A stretch of 51,207 nucleotides of DNA from Candidatus Magasanikbacteria bacterium RIFOXYB2_FULL_38_10 (GTDB lineage Bacteria; Patescibacteriota; Patescibacteriia; Magasanikbacterales; UBA10003), in contig MFQT01000009.1 of assembly GCA_001783145.1 (NCBI GenBank), forward strand, positions 1-51,207. The letters run 5' to 3'. Of this stretch, positions 46,167 to 51,207 are shown piece after piece. The first letter of the stretch is position 1, and each line of letters begins with the position of its first letter. Below the pieces are notes generated by a model. The model was not told where the DNA came from. It searched no databases and saw only the letters and a program-made list of their open reading frames with translations. The translations under genes and the position numbers were made by a program.

Positions 46167-49100
46167 TTAGTTTTTTTCTTCTTGTTTCAGAATTTCTTCC
46201 TCCGCACCTTCTTTAACTACATCATATTCAACTTCTTTCTTACCTTCTCTCTTTTTCAACAATTCCACATCTAAACCTAAGCCTTTTAATTCTCTTACTA
46301 GAACATTAAAGGATTCGGGAATAGCCAAGCGAGTGATCGGCTCTCCCTTAATAATAGATTCGTAAGCCTTGGCGCGTCCGGCTACGTCATCGGATTTAAT
46401 GGTCAAAATTTCTTGCAAAGTGGCGGCGGCGCCATAGCCTTCCAAAGCCCACACCTCCATTTCACCAAATCTCTGGCCGCCAAATTGCGCCTTACCGCCA
46501 AGAGGCTGTTGAGTAATTAAAGAATAAGGACCAATGGAGCGTTGATGAATTTTGTCTTCCACCATGTGATTAAGCTTTAACATATAAATATAACCAATGG
46601 TGCTTTGATGATCAAAGGACTCGCCGGTGCGACCGTCATAAAGCTGAGCCTGACCATCGGGATCATAACCGGCTCGTTTTAATTCCTCAGTAATTTTTTC
46701 TTCGGAAATACCGGCTAAAACCGGTGAAGCCACCTTGTATCTGAATTTATTGGCGGCGGAACCTAAAACAGTTTCCATAATCTGTCCCAAATTCATACGG
46801 GAAATAATGCCGAGAGGGCTCAAAATAATGTCCACGGGAGTACCATCGGCTAAAAAAGGCATATCGGCCACTGGCACGATTTTGGAAACAATACCTTTAT
46901 TGCCATGACGGCCCGCCATTTTGTCGCCCACTTGAATTTTTCTCATGTCCGCAATAGAAACTTGAACGGATTTAATAACTCCCGGCGGTAATTTATCGCC
47001 GTTTTCCGCAGAGAAAATTTTAACGTCTACTACTGTGCCGTGTTCGCCGTGCTCCAAATATAAAGAGGAGTCGCGTACATCACGAGCTTTTTCGCCAAAA
47101 ATGGCGCGTAATAATTTTTCTTCAGCGGAAAGTTCGGTTTCACCCTTAGGAGTAATTTTACCAACCAAAATATCACCGGATTTTACTTTGGCGCCAATGC
47201 GAATAATACCTTCGGAATCCAAATTTTTTAATTTTTCCTCACTGACATTGGGAATATCCGAGGTAACCAATTCCGGCCCCAGTTTGGTTTCACGCACATC
47301 CGTAGTGTAATTTTCAATATGAATGGAAGTGAAACGATCTTTTTGTACCAATCTTTCGGAAATAATAATAGCATCTTCAAAATTGTAGCCGTCCCAAATC
47401 ATAAAGGCTACCAAAATATTTTGCCCCAAGGCCAACTCACCATCTTGAGAAATAGCCGGACCATCGGTTAAAATATCACCGGCTTTAACACGCTGTCCGC
47501 GAGTGACTACGGGATGTTGATTAAAGCAAGTAGAGGCATTAGAACGAACAAATTTATTTAATTGGAAAGTACGCAATCCCCCGCCATCTTCTAAAATCTG
47601 AACTTTACCGCCATCCACTTCAGCAATCACGCCATCATTTTCAGCGATAAAAATATGGCCGGAATCCATAGCGGCGCGTTTTTCCATACCTGTACCAACC
47701 AACGGTGCTTCGGGAGCAATACAAGGCACGGCCTGACGCTGCATATTAGTACCCATAAGGGCGCGAACAGAATCATCGTGCTCCAAAAAGGGAATGCAAG
47801 AAGTGGCCACAGAAACAATTTGGTTAGGAGCCACATCTACATAATCTATAGTGGTAACATCTTCAAAACTAGGTTCGCCGTGCTTTCTAACTTCGGCTTT
47901 ATCATGTATAAAATAACCTTCTTTATCGCGTAAAGTGTTAGCGGAAGTGGTAGTGCCTTTTTCTTCCATAAAAGCATTAAGCCAAACAATTTCTTTAGTG
48001 ACGCGTGGTTTTACTTTAACAATTTCTAAATCCAACTTGGCCAAGTCTTTGGCCAAGTCTTTGGTAATTTTTTCATCTTTTTTGCCTACCAGTTTACCTT
48101 TGGCATCTAAAACATCTTCCTGTAATTTCTCGCCTTCAGTTAATTTAGAATCGTTTTTAACTTCCCTTAAAACCTTACGGAATGGGGTCTCCATAAAACC
48201 AAACTGATTAACTTTGGCGTAAGAGGCTAAGTGAGTGACCAGACCAATGTTAGGGCCTTCCGGAGTGGCGATAGGACAAATTCTGCCGTAGTGGGTGGTA
48301 TGCACGTCGCGCACATCAAAACCGGCGCGGTCCCTAGACAAACCGCCAGGACCCATGGCCGACAACCTTCTTTTATGTTCCAATTCGGCAAGTGGATTGG
48401 TTTGATCCATAAACTGAGAAAGTTGGGAGGACATAAAAAACTCGCGGGTGACACCCATTACCGGACGCGCGTTGATCAGTTTATTGGGAGTCAAAGCCCC
48501 CACATCCATAGTACTCATTCTATCTTTGACGATTCTCTCCATTCTGGCCAAACCAACTCTTAAGCGATTTTGTACCAGTTCGCCCACGGCCCTAACGCGA
48601 CGGTTACCCAAATGGTCAATATCATCCGCTTCTTCCTGTGTAATATTTAAATGAATGATTTCTTTAATGATGGTAGCTAAATCTTCTTTGGTTAAAGTGC
48701 GGAACCTTCTGTCGTGAACATCAATTTCTTCTTTAACGGCAAAACGTTGATTAAATTTATAGCGGCCGACAGCGGAAAAATCATAACGATCAAAATTAAA
48801 AAACATGGCGTGAATAAGAGAACGCGCGTTATCAGCGGTAGCCAAATCGCCCGGACGGATCCTTTGATAAATGCCAATAAGACCGGAGTCTTCATCTTTA
48901 GAAGTGTCTTTGGCCAAGGTGTTTTCTATGAATCTAACTTGCGGGTGAGTATCTACATCTTTAAATAATTTTCTAATTTCTTCATCACTGCCAAAACCAA
49001 AAGCGCGGAGCAACATAGTAATAGGGGCTTTGCGCTTTCTATCCACTTTACACCAAATTACATTGTTGGAATCGGTTTCAATTTCCACCCAAGCGCCGCG

Positions 49101-49586
49101 GTTGGGAATAATTTTGGCACCGTAATAACGATGGCCGCGAAAAATTTCTGAAGTAAAAAAAACACCGGCAGAACGGATAAGCTGGGAAACCACCGCGCGT
49201 TCAATACCGTTAATAATAAAGGTGCCGGTTTTGGTCATGACGGGAAAATCACCCATAAAAACTTCCTGCTCTTTGCTTTCACCTGTCCTTTTGTTAGTTA
49301 AGCGCGCCTTAACACGCAAGGCCGCTTCATAAGTAATGTTGCGGTTGCGGCAAATAATTTCATCAAATTTGGGTGCATCCAGATAGTATTCACCAAAATA
49401 TAATTCCAAATCGCGATTGGTAAAATCTTGAATTGGAGAGACCTCGTCAAAAAGTTCCCTCACGCCTGTTTTTAAAAACCAATCATAAGAATCTTTTTGT
49501 ACGGAAATGAGATTGGGCAAATCCATTACTTCTTCTTGTTCTCTTAAATGAATTCTGGGTTTTAAAATATTGGTGGAGGAAGACAT
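46167..49586 (-). CDS. rpoB: DNA-directed RNA polymerase beta subunit
   Basis: Conserved beta blocks GRHGNKG, GGQRFGEMEVWALE and PNLISVQKDSYDWF. I prefer the ATG at 49586. The ORF-track start at 49700 is a TTG and would place 38 atypical residues over a leader hairpin. Confidence 0.96.
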   Translation of the reverse strand: MSSSTNILKPRIHLREQEEVMDLPNLISVQKDSYDWFLKTGVRELFDEVSPIQDFTNRDLELYFGEYYLDAPKFDEIICRNRNITYEAALRVKARLTNKRTGESKEQEVFMGDFPVMTKTGTFIINGIERAVVSQLIRSAGVFFTSEIFRGHRYYGAKIIPNRGAWVEIETDSNNVIWCKVDRKRKAPITMLLRAFGFGSDEEIRKLFKDVDTHPQVRFIENTLAKDTSKDEDSGLIGIYQRIRPGDLATADNARSLIHAMFFNFDRYDFSAVGRYKFNQRFAVKEEIDVHDRRFRTLTKEDLATIIKEIIHLNITQEEADDIDHLGNRRVRAVGELVQNRLRVGLARMERIVKDRMSTMDVGALTPNKLINARPVMGVTREFFMSSQLSQFMDQTNPLAELEHKRRLSAMGPGGLSRDRAGFDVRDVHTTHYGRICPIATPEGPNIGLVTHLASYAKVNQFGFMETPFRKVLREVKNDSKLTEGEKLQEDVLDAKGKLVGKKDEKITKDLAKDLAKLDLEIVKVKPRVTKEIVWLNAFMEEKGTTTSANTLRDKEGYFIHDKAEVRKHGEPSFEDVTTIDYVDVAPNQIVSVATSCIPFLEHDDSVRALMGTNMQRQAVPCIAPEAPLVGTGMEKRAAMDSGHIFIAENDGVIAEVDGGKVQILEDGGGLRTFQLNKFVRSNASTCFNQHPVVTRGQRVKAGDILTDGPAISQDGELALGQNILVAFMIWDGYNFEDAIIISERLVQKDRFTSIHIENYTTDVRETKLGPELVTSDIPNVSEEKLKNLDSEGIIRIGAKVKSGDILVGKITPKGETELSAEEKLLRAIFGEKARDVRDSSLYLEHGEHGTVVDVKIFSAENGDKLPPGVIKSVQVSIADMRKIQVGDKMAGRHGNKGIVSKIVPVADMPFLADGTPVDIILSPLGIISRMNLGQIMETVLGSAANKFRYKVASPVLAGISEEKITEELKRAGYDPDGQAQLYDGRTGESFDHQSTIGYIYMLKLNHMVEDKIHQRSIGPYSLITQQPLGGKAQFGGQRFGEMEVWALEGYGAAATLQEILTIKSDDVAGRAKAYESIIKGEPITRLAIPESFNVLVRELKGLGLDVELLKKREGKKEVEYDVVKEGAEEEILKQEEKN

Positions 49587-49701
49587 AATTTTTTTATACT
49601 TAGTTTTTAATTTTTTATAAAATAATTTTGTAATTGGAAAACCCACAGCCTTAAATACTCTTATATCCGGTTTAATTTTATCCTTATATACTACACTCAA
49701 A

Positions 49702-49738
49702 GCAGAAACAAAAACTCTCCAGATTCATTTTTCTGGAG
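49702..49738 (-). terminator. Attenuator-like hairpin in the rpoB leader
   Basis: Minus strand reads CTCCAGA-aaaatgaa-TCTGGAG followed by AGTTTTTGTTT, about 115 nt upstream of the rpoB ATG. Confidence 0.45.
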
Positions 49739-49858
49739 TTGTACAAACCTCTATTGATTGTTTTTTGAGAAAATTGCAAGGGAAATCATGTAAATGTTCC
49801 TTGCGAACAGCCCCTTTCCCCGTTATTCGGGGCTTAGGTCCATTCAAAGATTGAATAG

Positions 49859-49887
49859 AGTGTACAGCAAAAAAAAACTTTTGTCAA
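49859..49887 (-). promoter_or_regulatory. Candidate sigma70-type promoter for rpoBC
   Basis: Minus strand reads TTGACA, 17-nt spacer, TACACT. Confidence 0.45.
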
Positions 49888-49986
49888 ATCTTTTTATTTA
49901 ACTTTGTCAAGATTTATTTTTTAGCTTAAATTAGCCTAAAAAAATAGATTGTTAATAAAAGTGTCCACCAAAAGTGACTAAAGGTC

Positions 49987-50015
49987 TTGACAACTGTGGA
50001 AAAATGTGCTATACT
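49987..50015 (+). promoter_or_regulatory. Near-consensus sigma70 promoter with no ORF downstream
   Basis: TTGACA-ACTGTGGAAAAATGTGC(17)-TATACT. Confidence 0.7.
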
Positions 50016-50082
50016 AATATGTTCTGAAGATGAAGAAGCCAAAACAAGTTCATTAAAACGCTAAAATAAGCCAAAAATCCTT

Positions 50083-50470
50083 AAAATTAAGGAGGGGAAA
50101 GATAACCGATTAAGTAGCCAAGGAGGGCGAGGTAATCGGCGGGATGAAAATAGGGCAATATAGCGAGGTGAATAACTTCGCTTGCCTCTAGGTTCATTCC
50201 TTTTCCAGAACACTCTCTATTTATTTAGAGAAAAAACTGGATCATCTATCCTCTTTAATTTTGAGGGTTTTGCATTATTTTTTGCCAAGTTCTCCAAAAT
50301 TAAGGAGGGGTAGATAAACGACTAAACAAGCCAACAGGCCCAAGATTAGTTGCCGGATTTTTTTTAGGCCAGGGGGGTCAAGACTTCGCTTGAACCTAAA
50401 AAATGTCCATTCCTGGATGACTTCCTGCTTGCAGGAATGCGTACCAGACCTTCTATCCTCCTAAATTTTG
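50083..50470 (+). repeat. Tandem duplication: unit A 50083-50263 and unit B 50296-50470 (213-nt period)
   Basis: Shared elements are 5' AAAATTAAGGAGGGG-AGATAA, AGCCAA, the identical 10-mer ACTTCGCTTG (50175 and 50383), CATTCC, and 3' TCTATCCTC-T-AATTTTG. Confidence 0.75.
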
Positions 50471-50484
50471 CAGATCTTACCTCA

Positions 50485-50526
50485 AAAAGCCGGCCCTTAT
50501 TTTTATATGGGTCGGCTTTTGTTTTC
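50485..50526 (+). terminator. Intrinsic terminator of the tandem-domain RNA
   Basis: GCCGGCCC-ttatttttatat-GGGTCGGC (one G.U) followed by TTTTGTTTTC. Confidence 0.6.
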
Positions 50527-50561
50527 AAAAAAATTTCCCTCTTCGTCACTAGAAATCCATC

Positions 50562-50590
50562 TTGAAAATTTGCTGATTTTACTTTATAAT
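50562..50590 (+). promoter_or_regulatory. Second near-consensus sigma70 promoter with no ORF downstream
   Basis: TTGAAA, 17-nt spacer, TATAAT. Confidence 0.65.
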
Positions 50591-50596
50591 AAACTC

Positions 50597-50822
50597 TAGC
50601 CCTTAATAAATTTGTCTTGGGAATCAAGGGGCTGCGGGCAAGCTTCACAAAAACAAATAGGAGTTAGGTCATTAACTTAACTTCCCGCAATAAGGGGGAA
50701 GCGAAGTTCCACTAAATTTTCAACGAAATTTAGTGAGACCAAAAAACCACTGTTTGAAAAAAGTGGGGGCGCTGTTCGCAGCCTCTTGAATCACAAAAAA
50801 TCCCCTTTAAAGGGGATTTTTA
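50597..50822 (+). ncRNA. Candidate ~230-nt structured RNA of unknown class
   Basis: A closing helix GGGGCTGCG (50628-50636) / CGCAGCCTC (50777-50785) encloses several hairpins, including a perfect 10-bp stem at 50710-50735. It ends at the bidirectional terminator. Confidence 0.45.
50795..50822. terminator. Bidirectional terminator
   Basis: AAAAAATCCCCTTTAAAGGGGATTTTT. Confidence 0.7.
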
Positions 50823-51207
50823 ATTTGTGGCCGTTTCACCGGTATCAGGACTTGGAGCTGACAAAGGCGCAGATTCTGCGGGAGGATCTTTTGCGGTGGG
50901 CGGCGAAGTTTCCGCCACAGGTGTTTGTTCCACAGGTATTGGCGCGGGAGAATTGGAATTTTCATTGGCAACCAAAGGCTCAGTTGGCGGAGAAGTCTCT
51001 TGATTATCAGCAGAATCAGCCGAAGGATTGTTGTCCGCATTCGTAGAATTATTTTCATTGCCCAAAGGAGCGGTATTTTCTCCGTCGATTGTTTCTTCCG
51101 CAGAAGACAAAGGATCATTGCCCACCGGATCCGTTGAAGAATTATTAGCGGCATCTGGTGAATCCTGAGCGGTAGATCCGCTGTTAGTCTGACCGGAGGC
51201 GCTCGTA
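50820..51207 (-). CDS. C-terminal end of a protein with a low-complexity Pro/Ser/Asn/Glu-rich tail; 5' end lies off the window
   Basis: The reading frame is open from the right edge (TSASGQTNSGSTAQDSPDAANNSSTDPVGNDPLSS...) to the TAA at 50822-50820, which abuts a terminator. The ORF-track M at 51125 is a GTG inside this frame. Confidence 0.5.
   Translation of the reverse strand, partial: TSASGQTNSGSTAQDSPDAANNSSTDPVGNDPLSSAEETIDGENTAPLGNENNSTNADNNPSADSADNQETSPPTEPLVANENSNSPAPIPVEQTPVAETSPPTAKDPPAESAPLSAPSPDTGETATN

Larger units (their letters stand above)
50022..50526 (+). ncRNA. Candidate ~0.5-kb structured RNA of unknown class, built from two paralogous domains
   Basis: Bounded by the promoter at 49987-50015 and the terminator at 50485-50526. 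There is no credible ORF. Two homologous units have conserved helices with compensatory changes. Confidence 0.55.

Noticed and set aside
49805-49816. 10-mer GCTGTTCGCA shared in inverted orientation between the rpoB leader and 50771-50780, as possible terminal inverted repeats of a mobile element
   Set aside because: A single 10-mer match between two loci is expected by chance many times in 51 kb. The similarity does not extend beyond about 15 nt with gaps.
50083-50470. Tandem riboswitch (glycine-type or yybP/Mn-type), or small ORFs behind the AAGGAGG motifs
   Set aside because: The glycine and yybP-ykoY consensus cores as I remember them are not matched. No coding gene lies downstream before the terminator. 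No start codon follows either AAGGAGG at a usable distance. The only small ORF (15 codons, 50144-50191) is not conserved in unit B.
50364-50648. Minus-strand 94-aa ORF inside the non-coding region
   Set aside because: It has a basic, low-information composition and no SD. It spans the plus-strand terminator and second promoter and overlaps the conserved RNA unit B. I consider it spurious, though a small protein cannot be excluded without data.
50628-50790. tmRNA, SRP RNA or RNase P RNA identity for the second RNA (it begins its closing helix with GGGGCUG, as tmRNA does)
   Set aside because: It has no tRNA-like T arm (GGTTCGA-TCC), no CCA end and no tag reading frame. It also lacks the SRP domain IV GGAA/AGCA motif and the RNase P GAGGAAAGUCC block.
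50786-51154. ORFs 50786-51046 (+) and 50807-51154 (-) at the right edge
   Set aside because: They overlap the open frame that ends at the TAA abutting the terminator (50820). That frame stays open to the window edge and is the most economical reading. Its low complexity still leaves the call only moderately confident.
1-51207. Alternative genetic code (UGA recoding, as in some CPR lineages)
   Set aside because: All large conserved genes are uninterrupted under the standard code, and TGA is used as a terminal stop (for example at 5585-5583).

Overview
This 51.2-kb window is low-GC and densely coded, uses the standard genetic code (TGA acts as a stop), and looks like a small-genome bacterium. 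The gene content resembles Candidate Phyla Radiation/Patescibacteria, but that is inference only. Most genes are on the minus strand.

Content in order:
- NIF3-family gene and a coiled-coil neighbour.
- ileS behind a T-box leader.
- A PRTase-domain protein.
- One strikingly GC-rich secreted-protein gene.
- A plus-strand sugar-phosphate/fermentation operon (rpiB, rpe, trxB, PfkB kinase, class II fba, ldh).
- trpS fused behind tRNA-Gly.
- A metal-homeostasis stretch: a Ca-type P-type ATPase, an MgtA-type ATPase with a glycosyltransferase and an orphan receiver, a csoR-controlled copper operon ending in copA, and znuABC.
- A tRNA cluster (Cys, Phe, Pro).
- A cell-envelope cluster (CofE-like protein, O-antigen-ligase-like protein, flippase, SpoIID).
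- ruvB, a Doc toxin-antitoxin pair, patatin, tRNA-Leu.
- polX, ruvC, yebC, rpoC, rpoB.

Most interesting observations:
1. tRNA-Phe(GAA) is interrupted in its anticodon loop by a 225-nt group I intron. P1, P10 and the R/S core elements can be read directly from the sequence. A free-standing HTH/LAGLIDADG-like ORF sits beside it.
2. About 1.1 kb next to rpoB has no convincing ORF. It holds two promoter-to-terminator units that look like unclassified structured RNAs. The first is an internal tandem duplication with compensatory base changes.
3. Tandem 72/74-nt repeats upstream of tRNA-Gly mimic that tRNA's acceptor stem.
4. A single gene has about 55-70% G+C in an AT-rich background.

All calls come from reading the sequence and the ORF track. 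No database search or folding program was run.
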